DNA of 64,000 nt from NCBI GenBank assembly GCA_963814055.1, contig CAWFBJ010000031.1, positions 199,039-263,038 of the forward strand. The letters are read 5' to 3'. Within the stretch, counting starts at the first letter, position 1. Every line of letters starts with the position of its first letter. This DNA comes from an uncultured Alphaproteobacteria bacterium (GTDB lineage Bacteria > Pseudomonadota > Alphaproteobacteria > Rhizobiales > Hyphomicrobiaceae). Positions 9,185 to 18,446 of the stretch are shown in pieces. Position numbers and translations under genes: made by a program. Below the pieces are notes generated by a model. That model did no database searches. It had not been told where the DNA came from and was given only the letters and a program-made list of their open reading frames with translations.

Positions 9185-10324
9185 TCAAGGCAGAGCACAG
9201 GCCGCAGCGCGCAAGGGCAGTGCCGCCGCGAGGCAAACCTTATCCCCGCGTAACGCTCCTCTGCTACAAATTGGGCATGATGCGACAGGTGCGAAGCCTG
9301 CTCGATGCTCACCGGCCCTATTTCCGCGGAACAGGCCCCCGAGGAAGCCCGGCTTCTTCTGCTGCTCGGCGGCCAGCATCTCCGGCGGGGGTGCGCCGTA
9401 GGGTCCGGTTGCCTTGCCGTTGGCCGCCGTCGTGGCACCCGGATCGCCGCCGACCCGGCCGGCGCGCCTGTCGGCTTCGGTCTCGCGCGCGAGGTTGAAG
9501 TCGAAGTGGATGCTCGGCAACCCCGGTACGGGCGAAGCCGGATTTGCCGCCTTGACCTCGACCACCAGGTCGCCGGAGGCCCCGAACACCACATCGTCCT
9601 CCAGATGCTCATCGCCGGCGAGATAGAGCGCCGTGACCAGCTCGCGATAACCCGGGGCGCTGATGAGGAAATGGATGTGTGCGGGGCGCATGCCGTGGCG
9701 CTTCTGCGCCATCACCATCTGGCCCACGGGGCCGTCGAGGGGAATGTAGTAGCCCAGCGGCCGCACCGTGCGGATCAGGTAGTTGCCCTTGTCGTCGGTG
9801 CGGAAAATACCCCGGCAGTCGATCTCCTCGATGCTGTTCTGGATGTCGTACCGGCCATCCGCCGCCGTCTGCCAGACCGTGACATGGGCATTAGGAATTG
9901 GCGCGCCCTGGGCATTGGTGACGCGGCCGAACATCACCACTTCCTCGCCGCCCTTGTCCTTGGTGGCGATCTGCGCACCGCTATCGAATTGCGGCGTGTT
10001 CTCGCGGAAGAACGGCCCGAGCAGGCTGGCGCCGGTCGCCTCCTCCATCTTGGTCTTGTCGTGCATGATGTTGACCAGCGCGGACAGGCCCATCGTGTCC
10101 GAGAACAGGATGAATTCCTGGCGCGCCGGCGTGCACATCTGGCCGACCTTGGTCATGAACTCGATGCCCTTGATCCATTCCGCGGGCGTCAGGTTCACGT
10201 CGCGGGCAAAGGCGTGCAGGTGGCGCACGGCGCTTTCCATGATCTCCTTCATGCGCGGATCGGGCGTGGTGGCCATCTGCTCCAGCACGGCGTCCGTGAT
10301 GTTCTCGGGCGTGTATTCACGCAT
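9185..10324 (-). CDS. intradiol ring-cleavage dioxygenase (hydroxyquinol/catechol 1,2-dioxygenase family) with about 100-aa C-terminal extension
   Basis: The N-terminal dimerisation helix region and the catalytic core ...GRVTNAQGAPIPNAHVTVWQTAADGRYD...RPAHIHFLISAPGY... are present. GGGAGA directly abuts the ATG at 10330, so the ATG at 10324 is the likelier start. The annotated stop may be a read-through (see findings). Confidence 0.85.
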   Translation of the reverse strand: MREYTPENITDAVLEQMATTPDPRMKEIMESAVRHLHAFARDVNLTPAEWIKGIEFMTKVGQMCTPARQEFILFSDTMGLSALVNIMHDKTKMEEATGASLLGPFFRENTPQFDSGAQIATKDKGGEEVVMFGRVTNAQGAPIPNAHVTVWQTAADGRYDIQNSIEEIDCRGIFRTDDKGNYLIRTVRPLGYYIPLDGPVGQMVMAQKRHGMRPAHIHFLISAPGYRELVTALYLAGDEHLEDDVVFGASGDLVVEVKAANPASPVPGLPSIHFDFNLARETEADRRAGRVGGDPGATTAANGKATGPYGAPPPEMLAAEQQKKPGFLGGLFRGNRAGEHRAGFAPVASCPICSRGALRGDKVCLAAALPLRAAACALP

Positions 10325-10573
10325 GAGCATTCTCCCTGGGATGGCATCGCGTGTGCGCGCGGCTTCGGCGGCACCGCAGCGCGATTGTGCGCACTAGTGT
10401 TATGCCTTTCAACCGAGCAGGCGAGTATTTCAGCTAATAGGCAGTGCGCGGTTTGCTGATGGCAGCGTCGTTCATGGTCCTGGGGCTGTCAAGCAAGGCA
10501 TACGCCCCTTGGCTTGGCGAGAGCGTGAGCATAGACTGACAAAAAACATTGAGCCAATAGGGAGAGATGGCCC

Positions 10574-11839
10574 ATGCGATTTGCTTTGAAGCCTCAAGTC
10601 ATGATGGGCGCCGCCGCCGCGCTCGGAGTGGCTGCCGCCCTCGCCTTGCCGACGGCGCCGGCTGTAGCCCAGGACATCAGGATCGGTTTCAGCATGGCGA
10701 TGACCGGTGGGCTCGGTCCCAACGGCAAATCGGCGCTGCTGGCCCAGAAGATCTGGGAAGAAGACATCAACAAGAAGGGCGGCCTGCTCGGCCGTCCCGT
10801 CAAGCTGGTCTACTACGACGACCAGACCAATCCTTCGACCGTGCCCGGCATCTATTCCAAGCTGCTCGACGTCGACAAGGTCGACCTCATCATCGGCGGC
10901 TACGCGACCAACATGCTGGCGCCGGCCATGCCGCTCGTCATGCAACGCAAGCGGCTGTTTATTGGTTTGCTGGGCCTGGGTGTGAACTCCGAGTTCAACT
11001 ATCCCAACTACTTCGTCATGATCCCGTCGGGACCCGATCCGAAGCCCGCCTTCACCAAGGGCTTCTTCGACGTCGCCCTGGCGCAGAACCCCAAGCCCAC
11101 GACCATCGCCATCGTCGCGGCCGACGCCGAGTTCGCGCGCAACCTGGCAGACGGCGCCCGCACGAACGCTCAGAAGGCCAACCTGAAGATCGTCTACGAC
11201 AAGACCTATCCGCCGGCGACCACGGACTTTGCCCCGATCGTTCGCGCCATTGCGGCGACCAATCCCGACATCGTCGCCATCGGCTCGTATCCGCCGGACT
11301 CGGTGGGGTTCGTGCGCTCGGTCAACGAGCTTGGCTTCAAACCCAAGATCATCGGTGGCGGCATGGTCGGCCTGCAGAACACGTCCCTCAAGACGCAGCT
11401 CGGGCCGCTTCTCAACGGCTTCACGAACTATGACTTCTGGCTGCCGGTGCCGAAGATGCAGTTTCCCGGGATCAAAGAGGTGATGGACAAATACCAGGCG
11501 CGGGCCGCTGCGGAGGGAGTTGATCCGCTCGGCTACTACATGGCGCCGCAGGCCTACGCGCAGATGCAGGTGCTGGAGCAGGCCATCACGGCGACCAAGA
11601 GCCTGGAGGACGCCAAGCTTGCCGACTACGTTCGCGCCAGCACTTTCAAAACCGTGCTCGGCGACGTGAAATTCGGCAAAGGCGGAGAATGGGCGGAGTT
11701 GCGCGTGCTGCAGGTTCAGTTCCGCAACATCAAGGGCAACGACCCCGCGCAGTTCAAGACCACCGACACCCAAGTGGTGGTGTCGCCGCCCGAGTACGCG
11801 TCCGGCACTGTGGTCTATCCATTCGAGAAGGCGCATTAG
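10574..11839 (+). CDS. ABC transporter substrate-binding protein, LivK/branched-chain amino acid family (Peripla_BP_6)
   Basis: The signal peptide reads MRFALKPQVMMGAAAALGVAAALALPTAPAVAQ, followed by IRIGFSMAMTGG...KGGLLGRPVKLVYYDDQ. An AGGGAGAG ribosome-binding site lies upstream. Confidence 0.85.
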   Translation: MRFALKPQVMMGAAAALGVAAALALPTAPAVAQDIRIGFSMAMTGGLGPNGKSALLAQKIWEEDINKKGGLLGRPVKLVYYDDQTNPSTVPGIYSKLLDVDKVDLIIGGYATNMLAPAMPLVMQRKRLFIGLLGLGVNSEFNYPNYFVMIPSGPDPKPAFTKGFFDVALAQNPKPTTIAIVAADAEFARNLADGARTNAQKANLKIVYDKTYPPATTDFAPIVRAIAATNPDIVAIGSYPPDSVGFVRSVNELGFKPKIIGGGMVGLQNTSLKTQLGPLLNGFTNYDFWLPVPKMQFPGIKEVMDKYQARAAAEGVDPLGYYMAPQAYAQMQVLEQAITATKSLEDAKLADYVRASTFKTVLGDVKFGKGGEWAELRVLQVQFRNIKGNDPAQFKTTDTQVVVSPPEYASGTVVYPFEKAH

Positions 11840-11864
11840 CGCCGGCACCGACGGCGGAAACATG

Positions 11865-11899
11865 AAGCGCCGCGCGACACCCGCGCGGCGCTTTTTTTT
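11865..11899 (+). terminator. rho-independent terminator between convergent genes
   Basis: A perfect 12-bp stem pairs AAGCGCCGCGCG (11865-11876) with CGCGCGGCGCTT (11882-11893), with a 5-nt loop. A T8 run follows. Confidence 0.7.
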
Positions 11900-11915
11900 G
11901 CCACCGGGGGCAACG

Positions 11916-12656
11916 TCACATTCCCAGATAGAACTTCCTGATCAGCTCGTTGTCATTGAGGTCCTGGGCCGATTTGCCTTCGACGGCGATCTTGCCGTGG
12001 ACGATGACGTAGCCGCGGTCGGCGATGCGGACGGCTTGCGTGAAGTTCTGCTCGGCCATCAACACGGTGAGCTGATAGCGGTCTTTCAGCTCCTTGATGG
12101 CGTCGATGGTGCGGGCCACCAGCAGTGGCGCCAGCCCGACGGAAGGCTCGTCGACCAGCAAGATCTTCGGCGCCAGCATCAGCGCCCGGCCCAGTGCCAG
12201 CATCTGCTGCTCGCCGCCGCTCATGCTGCCCGCGAGCTGGGAACGCCGCTCGGCGAGGCGGGGGAAAGTCTCGAAACAGCTTGCTAAATTGCGGGCCATC
12301 TGGGCACGGGCCGACTTGCGGAAGGCGCCGAGCAGCAGGTTTTCCTCCACCGTGAGCTTCGGGAACAGCCGCCGGCCTTCCGGAACCAGCGCGATGCCGA
12401 GGTCGACGATCTGCTCGGTTGTCAGCTTGGCGAGGTCGTGGCGCACGCCGTCGATGTCGGCGGTCACCGTGCCGGCGCTCGGCCGCACGAGCCCCATGAT
12501 GCATTTCATGATCGTGCTTTTGCCGTTGCCGTTGGTGCCGAGCAGCACCACGGTTTCGGCCGGGGCGACGCTGATCGAGACGTCGTCAATCACGCGCACG
12601 GCGCCGTAGCCCGCGTGCAGTCCCTCGATGGCGATGCTACTGGCCAAGGTACGCAC
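11916..12656 (-). CDS. ABC transporter ATP-binding protein, LivF family
   Basis: The Walker A motif is GTNGNGKST, the signature is MSGGEQQML and the Walker B motif is ILLVDEPS. The GTG start overlaps the upstream ATPase gene by 20 nt. Confidence 0.9.
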   Translation of the reverse strand: MRTLASSIAIEGLHAGYGAVRVIDDVSISVAPAETVVLLGTNGNGKSTIMKCIMGLVRPSAGTVTADIDGVRHDLAKLTTEQIVDLGIALVPEGRRLFPKLTVEENLLLGAFRKSARAQMARNLASCFETFPRLAERRSQLAGSMSGGEQQMLALGRALMLAPKILLVDEPSVGLAPLLVARTIDAIKELKDRYQLTVLMAEQNFTQAVRIADRGYVIVHGKIAVEGKSAQDLNDNELIRKFYLGM

Positions 12657-13377
12657 TCACCACTTCGGGATTGTTGACGATGGCGTCGGGCTTGCCGTCC
12701 GCGATCTTGCGGCCCGAAACCAGGACGGCGATGCGCTGCGAAAAGCTCATGACCGCGCGCATGATGTGCTCGATCAGAATGATCGTGATGCCCTGTCCGT
12801 TCAATCGCAGCAGCAGCGCGATGATCTCCTCCACCTCCGAGTGGGACAGGCCGGCCATGGATTCGTCGGCGATCAACAGCTTGGGCTCGGCGGCCATGGC
12901 GCGTGCGAGTTCCAGCTTGCGCATTTCGACCTGCGTCAGGTCGCGGGGCCAGCGCCTGGCTTTCGCGTCGAGGCCTACCATGGCCAGCAGCTCCATGCAG
13001 CGCTCGTCCACCTGGATGGTCGTGCGCGCGAGGATGCCGGCGCGCGGCGCCACCGTGTAGATCAGCGGGATGCGCACATTGTCGATCAGCGTGAGGCTGG
13101 CGAAGGGACGCGGCAGCTGGAAGCTGCGCGCCAGGCCCAGATGCGTGCGCCGGCTTGCGGTCTGCCCGTCGATAACCTTGCCTTCGAAGGTCACCGAGCC
13201 GGCTTCATTCTGCAGGGTGCCGCAGATGCAGTTGACCAGCGTGCTCTTGCCCGAGCCGTTCGGGCCGATCAGGCCGAGGCGTTCGCCTGGCATCACGTCG
13301 AGGTCGATGCCGTCGAGGGCCACGAAGCCGCCGAAACGCTTGGACAGGCCTTTGACTTGCAGCAGCGGCTGGATCAT
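12637..13377 (-). CDS. ABC transporter ATP-binding protein, LivG family
   Basis: The Walker A motif is GPNGSGKST, followed by LELARAMAAEPKLLIADESMAGL. An ATGA overlap joins it to the upstream permease gene. Confidence 0.9.
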   Translation of the reverse strand: MIQPLLQVKGLSKRFGGFVALDGIDLDVMPGERLGLIGPNGSGKSTLVNCICGTLQNEAGSVTFEGKVIDGQTASRRTHLGLARSFQLPRPFASLTLIDNVRIPLIYTVAPRAGILARTTIQVDERCMELLAMVGLDAKARRWPRDLTQVEMRKLELARAMAAEPKLLIADESMAGLSHSEVEEIIALLLRLNGQGITIILIEHIMRAVMSFSQRIAVLVSGRKIADGKPDAIVNNPEVVSAYLGQ

Positions 13378-14387
13378 GGCTGCGGCCTCTTGCGCTGCCA
13401 GTCCTGAACCAGGCCGACGATGCCCTTGGGCGCGATGATCACGAAGGCGACCAGCAGCACGCCGACGATCAACAGATTGACAACCGAGGAGATGGTGACG
13501 GTGGCGACCTGCTGCAGGGTGCCGAGCAGAATGGCGCCGATCAGCGGGCCGACCCAGGAGGTGGTGCCGCCAATCATTGGCATAGCGATGGAGTTGACCG
13601 CATAGGGCAGGCCGAACGCGGCCGAGGGCTCGATGTAGCCGATGTAATAGGGCATCGGCGCGCCGGCCATGCCCATGAGGCCGCCCGACAGCGCGGTGGC
13701 CATCAGCTTGAGGCGCAGCGTGGGCACGCCGGACGCCTCGGCGGCGAGTTCATCGTCGCGGATGGTGGCGAAGCCGAAACCCAGGCGCGAGCGCTCGATC
13801 TGGCGCGCGGCCCAGAGCGCCAGCACGGCCAAGGTCAGCATGACCAGGAACAGATACTGGATGTAGCTGAGCGAGATGCCGGCAAACGAAACCTAGTCCG
13901 GCCGGATGATGTAGGCCCCGCGCGAGCCGCCGACGAAGTCCCAGTTGATGACCAGCGTCTGCAGCACGACGGCCATGGCGAGCGTGGCAATGGCAAAGAA
14001 CACCCCGCGCAGCCTGAGCGTGAGATACCCCATGCCGTAGCCGACCAGCGCGGAAACCAGGCCGCCGATGACGACGAGGGTTGGTATCGACAAGGGGAAC
14101 AGCGGCATCAGGAATTCGGCGAATGTTCCATCCAGGTAGCGCCCCGGATTGGCGCCGATCTTGTGCAGGGCGACGGTGGAGTAGGCGCCCATCGCAAAAA
14201 ACGCCGCGGTGCCGAAATTCACATACCCGCAATAGCCGCCGAGGATGTTCCATGCGGTCGCCAGCACGACGTACTGCAGCACGACGAAGCCGGCGAACAA
14301 GACGTACTCGTTACGGGCGAGCAGCGCGAGCGCAAACACGGTGCCACCAACCAGCAGCGCGACGAGCAGGAACGTTAGAGATCGCAT
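13374..14387 (-). pseudogene. branched-chain amino acid ABC transporter permease, LivM family, with an in-frame TAG
   Basis: ORFs 13893..14387 and 13374..13841 share one frame. They are separated only by an amber codon at 13893-13895 (...GGSRGAYIIRPD*VSFAGISLSYIQYLFLVMLT...). Confidence 0.85.
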
Positions 14388-14388
14388 G

Positions 14389-15264
14389 CTAGCGCCCCAG
14401 CAAGCCGGCGGGCCTGACGGCCAGGGTGATCAGCAGGAAGCCGAAGGCCACCGCCGGTGCCCATGAGGGGCCGTAGAATGTGGCCGTGAAGCTCTCGATA
14501 ATGCCGAGCAGCATCGCCGCGATCACGGTGCCGGGCAGGCTGCCCATGCCGCCCAGCACGCAGATGGCGAACACGCGGCCGATGAACTCGCGGCCCACCG
14601 AAGGCTCGATCGGCTGGATGATGATCAAGAAGGCTCCCGCCAGGGATGCCGTTGCAATCGAGATACCGAAGGCGATGCGCTTGATGCGGATCGGGTCGAC
14701 CGACAACAGCCGCAGGGCCTGCTGGTCCTGTGCCACGGCCATGATGGCACGCCCGATGAAGGTGCGGGACAGGAACAGCTGCAGTGAAAGGACCAGGAGC
14801 AGGGAGACCAGACACGGGATCAGCATGCGCAGTGGAAAATCGACGAAACCGATGCGCCAGGTCGGGCCGATATAGGCAGCCTGCACATAGCGGTAGTCGA
14901 CACCGAACACGAGGATCAGCGACACCTCGGTGATGAATAGGAGCCCGAAGAAGAAAGCGAGTCCGCGCAACGCCTCTTCGCCGCGCCGCTCGAACGACCA
15001 GTAGTAGACTTGGTAGATGACCTGCCCGAACAGGTAGAACGCGGGCAGCACGATGATGGCGGAGAGAATGGGATCTATGCCGAAAGTGGCGTTCATGATG
15101 TAGGCGATATAGGCGCCGAGTATGATGAAGGCCGGGTGGGCGATGTTGACGACGTCGAGCATGCCGAAGGCGATCGACACGCCGACCGTGACGGCCGCGT
15201 AGAATCCGCCCAGCAGCAAGCCCGCCACAATGGCGTTGAGCAGAAGGTCCATAGGAATGCTCAT
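14389..15264 (-). CDS. branched-chain amino acid ABC transporter permease, LivH family
   Basis: MSIPMDLLLNAIVAGLLLGGFYAAVTVGVSIAFGMLDVVNIAHPAF... is the typical LivH N-terminus. An AAGGTG ribosome-binding site precedes the ATG at 15264. The longer ORF-track start at 15489 is not supported. Confidence 0.85.
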   Translation of the reverse strand: MSIPMDLLLNAIVAGLLLGGFYAAVTVGVSIAFGMLDVVNIAHPAFIILGAYIAYIMNATFGIDPILSAIIVLPAFYLFGQVIYQVYYWSFERRGEEALRGLAFFFGLLFITEVSLILVFGVDYRYVQAAYIGPTWRIGFVDFPLRMLIPCLVSLLLVLSLQLFLSRTFIGRAIMAVAQDQQALRLLSVDPIRIKRIAFGISIATASLAGAFLIIIQPIEPSVGREFIGRVFAICVLGGMGSLPGTVIAAMLLGIIESFTATFYGPSWAPAVAFGFLLITLAVRPAGLLGR

Positions 15265-15464
15265 GCCTGTCTGCACCTTTCGGCCGCAGGCTGCCCGCGC
15301 CGGTTGTGCGGCGCCTCGGACGATCTTGTGACGGGCACGGCAATCCTCCCCAGATGCAGCGTCTTCCGCGGCGCGCATTTTTATTTTTGTAATGTATTGT
15401 GCAGCAAGCCCGTCAGCTTGGCTATCCCGCTTTCCATTCCAACCATCAGGTTTGGCCGGAACAG

Positions 15465-16691
15465 ATGAATTCGCGAGCACGCCGCGCACTGGTCATCGGG
15501 GGCTCCATGAGCGGGCTGTTCTCGGCCCTCTATCTGCGGCGGCGAGGCTGGGACGTGGAGGTGTACGAGCGCTCATCGGCGCCGCTCACCGGCCGCGGGG
15601 CCGGTATCATGACGCACCCCGAGCTGCGGTCGGCCTTGACGGACCTGGGCCTTGATACGACGCAGAATTTCGGCGTTGCCATCGAAGGGCGGGTGGTGCT
15701 CGACGCTGCCGACAACATCGTCGCGCGCAAGCGCCTGCCGCAGATCGCAACGTCGTGGAACCGCCTATTCGAAATGCTGATGGGGGCTATCGGCGCGAAG
15801 CATTGCCACCTCGGGAAAGACGTGCAGCACGTGTCGCAAACCGACACTGCGGTGACGGCCCGCTTTGCCGACGGCACATCGCAGACGGCAGATTTGCTCG
15901 TCGGCGCCGACGGGTTCCGTTCAGCCGTGCGCGCGCAATTCCTGCCCGCATCGCTGCCCCAGTACGCCGGCTATGTCGCCTGGCGTGGACTGGCCGACGA
16001 GCATGTGGTGGCGCCGGTGCTAACGCAGGATATTTTTGAGCGGTTGAGCTTCTGCCTGCCGCCGGGCGAGCAGTTCCTCGGCTATCCGGTGGCGGGTCCG
16101 GGCAACGACCTGAGACCCGGGCACCGCAGCTGGAACATCGTGTGGTACCGGCCTGCCGAAACGGACGAGGAGGTCCGGCGCCTGTTGACCGACGATGCGG
16201 GCAAGCTGCACGGGCTCTCGATCCCGCCGCCGCTGGTTTCCCGGGACGTCGTCAAGGAAATGCGGCATGCGGCCGAACGCCTGCTGCCCACCCAGTTCCG
16301 CGCCGCCATGCGTCTGATAGACCAGCCGTTTCTGCAACCCATCTACGACCTGGAAAGCCCGCAGATGGTGTTTGGCCGCGTGGCGCTGGTTGGCGATGCA
16401 CCCTTCGTCATCCGCCCGCACGTCGGTGGTGGCGTTGTGAAGGCGGCGCAGGACGCGGCAGCGGTCGCGGCGGCGCTCGATGAGCACCCGACGGTCGAAG
16501 CCGGGCTGCGCGCCTATGAGACTGAGCGGCTGGGTGTCGGGCGGCGCTACGTGCGGCAGGCGCGGCGGCTCGGCTCCTACCTGAAACACCGCTTCGACAA
16601 CGACGAGGAACGCGTACGCGCTGCGTTCCACGCCCAGCCCGAGCAAGTCCTGGCCGAGACCGCCATGCTGGATTTCATGCGCGAGGGATAG
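15465..16691 (+). CDS. FAD-dependent aromatic-ring monooxygenase (class A flavoprotein hydroxylase)
   Basis: The dinucleotide fold reads RRALVIGGSMSGLFSALYLRRRGWDVEVYERS. The motifs ...LVGADGFRSAVR... and ...ALVGDAPFVIRPHVGGG... are present. Confidence 0.8.
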   Translation: MNSRARRALVIGGSMSGLFSALYLRRRGWDVEVYERSSAPLTGRGAGIMTHPELRSALTDLGLDTTQNFGVAIEGRVVLDAADNIVARKRLPQIATSWNRLFEMLMGAIGAKHCHLGKDVQHVSQTDTAVTARFADGTSQTADLLVGADGFRSAVRAQFLPASLPQYAGYVAWRGLADEHVVAPVLTQDIFERLSFCLPPGEQFLGYPVAGPGNDLRPGHRSWNIVWYRPAETDEEVRRLLTDDAGKLHGLSIPPPLVSRDVVKEMRHAAERLLPTQFRAAMRLIDQPFLQPIYDLESPQMVFGRVALVGDAPFVIRPHVGGGVVKAAQDAAAVAAALDEHPTVEAGLRAYETERLGVGRRYVRQARRLGSYLKHRFDNDEERVRAAFHAQPEQVLAETAMLDFMREG

Positions 16692-16699
16692 CTGTCATA

Positions 16700-16830
16700 C
16701 CGTCCGAGTGCGAAGCGCGTATCCGGGATTACAACCGCGCAGCACGCTCGTCCTCGTCCTGAGCTTGTCGAAGGACGCGCCGAGCACACCAAGCCGTGGT
16801 TCGACAGGCTCACCACGGGGATTGAATGTG
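16700..16830. repeat. composite intergenic repeat (GTCAT..CCGGGAT unit plus CCTGAGCTTGTCGAAGGAC / GGTTCGACAGGCTCACC unit)
   Basis: The sequence carries motifs I recognise as widespread alphaproteobacterial intergenic repeats. Their spurious translations contain PELVEG and SLSNH. It lies between two gene ends. Confidence 0.5.
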
Positions 16831-16844
16831 TGGAGAAGTGGGGT

Positions 16845-17294
16845 TTAGGCGGGCGCCTTCAGCCGCACTCCGTCCGGCACAGGCAAAGGCGGGTTGGCGC
16901 TGTGCAGGAACTCCACCGTGGTGAACAGCAGCTCGGTGTTGCCGATGTTCTCCACGCTGTGCAGCAGATATTCGCCGGGGCCATAGGTCATGTGCCGTGT
17001 GTGGCCCGGGTAGTGCACGGTTTCCGTGATTGTGCCGTCCTCAAAGATGTTGCGGGCCGTGCCGTGAGTGTGACAGGTCCAGAAGTAATCCAGCACATGC
17101 CGGTGGAACGTGCAGCGCTTGCCTGGCGGAATCAGCAGGTGCCAGACGCGCAGCTTGTCGGTTTCCGACACCAGCGTGCTGCCCACAATGGGGCTGAAGC
17201 GGTTGTCCTCCAGCTCCTGCTGCAACTCGGCGGGCCAGTGCGCGCGCGGGTTGGCTCCGGCGGAGACTTTCTCTGCGGTCTGCACGGAGGTCAT
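16845..17294 (-). CDS. cupin domain protein
   Basis: The 149-aa product contains ...LRVWHLLIPPGKRCTFHRHVLDYFW...GEYLLHSVENIGNTELLF..., a typical two-motif cupin beta-barrel. Confidence 0.65.
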   Translation of the reverse strand: MTSVQTAEKVSAGANPRAHWPAELQQELEDNRFSPIVGSTLVSETDKLRVWHLLIPPGKRCTFHRHVLDYFWTCHTHGTARNIFEDGTITETVHYPGHTRHMTYGPGEYLLHSVENIGNTELLFTTVEFLHSANPPLPVPDGVRLKAPA

Positions 17295-17457
17295 CGCTGC
17301 ATCTCCTCGGGTGATGATCGCGATTAGCGCGTCTGATGATACGTACGATCACTTCTTGTCATGGAACTCCAAATCATCGTCGCTGGCAATCACCGCGTGA
17401 CCGGAGCAAGATGCGTCCAAACGCGGGCGTGAATCGCGCAGCAACAGGGTGGAGGCA

Positions 17458-18435
17458 ATGCCGAAGACAGCCAAGAAATCGAGCAGCCGGAACATTAAGG
17501 TGTCCAAGCAGGCGGTGGACGAGGCCTTCAAGGCCCTCTCCAACTGGGAGCGCTGGGGCAAGGACGACCAGATCGGCACGCTCAACCACATCACGCCGCA
17601 GGATGTCATCGCCGCGGGCAAGCTGATCAAGCGCGGCAACATCTTCGCGCTCGGCATCCCGCTGGGCAATACAGGGCCGCAGCGCGGTCTGTTCGGCAAG
17701 CGCTGGAACCCGATCCACACCATGCTCGCCACCGGCACCGATGCGGTGGCCGGCCGGCAGGAGCGGCTGCTCTATGCCGACGATGCGCTCAACATGCCGA
17801 TCCAGGCGGCGACGCACTGGGATTCGCTTGGGCACATCTTCTATCACGACAAGATGTACAACGGGCACCACGCCAGCGCCGTCGACAGTAACGGGCTCTC
17901 CCAGCTCGGCATCGAGCATGCCAAGGACAAGCTGGTGGGCCGCGGCGTGCTGCTCGACATCGCGCGCTTCAAGGGCGTCGACACGCTCAAGGACGGCGAG
18001 GGCATCTCCAACGACGATCTCGATGCCTGCGCCGCCGCGCAGAAGGTGCACATCCGCAAAGGCGATTTCGTGCTGGTGCGGACGGGCCAGATGGAAGCCT
18101 GCAACAAGCGCGGCGAGTGGGGCGGCTATGCGGGCGGCGATGCGCCGGGCCTCAAATTCGAAAGCTGTTATTGGCTGCACGAGAAGGAAGTGGCCGGCGT
18201 CTGCTCCGACACGTGGGGCGTGGAGGTGCGGCCCAACGAGACCACGGACGTCAACCAGCCCTGGCACTGGGTGGTGATCCCGGCCATGGGCCTCTACATG
18301 GGCGAGATGTTCGATCTCAAGGCGCTGGCCGAAGACTGCGCCAAGGACAAAGTCTACGAATTCTTCTTCTGCGGCCCGCCGCTCATCATTCCCGGCGGCA
18401 CCGGCTCGCCCATCAATCCCCAGGCGATCAAGTAG
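17458..18435 (+). CDS. putative cyclase family protein (kynurenine formamidase fold) with degenerate metal motif
   Basis: ...WGKDDQIGTLNHITP...IQAATHWDSLGH...GDFVLVRTG...GVCSDTWGVE... fits the PF04199 family. It is about 50% identical by eye to the product of 37149..38120. Confidence 0.75.
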   Translation: MPKTAKKSSSRNIKVSKQAVDEAFKALSNWERWGKDDQIGTLNHITPQDVIAAGKLIKRGNIFALGIPLGNTGPQRGLFGKRWNPIHTMLATGTDAVAGRQERLLYADDALNMPIQAATHWDSLGHIFYHDKMYNGHHASAVDSNGLSQLGIEHAKDKLVGRGVLLDIARFKGVDTLKDGEGISNDDLDACAAAQKVHIRKGDFVLVRTGQMEACNKRGEWGGYAGGDAPGLKFESCYWLHEKEVAGVCSDTWGVEVRPNETTDVNQPWHWVVIPAMGLYMGEMFDLKALAEDCAKDKVYEFFFCGPPLIIPGGTGSPINPQAIK

Positions 18436-18446
18436 AGGGCGAGGAT

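Noticed and set aside
5233-9236. The ORF-track entries 5233..8259 (1008 aa) and 7746..9236 (496 aa) suggest giant fused proteins.
   Set aside because: They are read-throughs upstream of the true starts. The conserved N-termini MNEIIDPRS (7749), MSTARDIALTVNG (8234) and MKAPPFAYV (9107), with ATGA overlaps and a ribosome-binding site, define three separate subunit genes. The junk segment inside 7746..9236 comes from the coxM frameshift.
5233-9420. The C-terminal tails as encapsulin cargo-loading peptides or microcompartment encapsulation peptides.
   Set aside because: No encapsulin or BMC shell gene is present in the window. The tails match the MinD membrane-targeting sequence (KKGFLKRLFGG) much better than the encapsulin consensus (GSLxIGSLK). 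The idea is kept only as a remote alternative.
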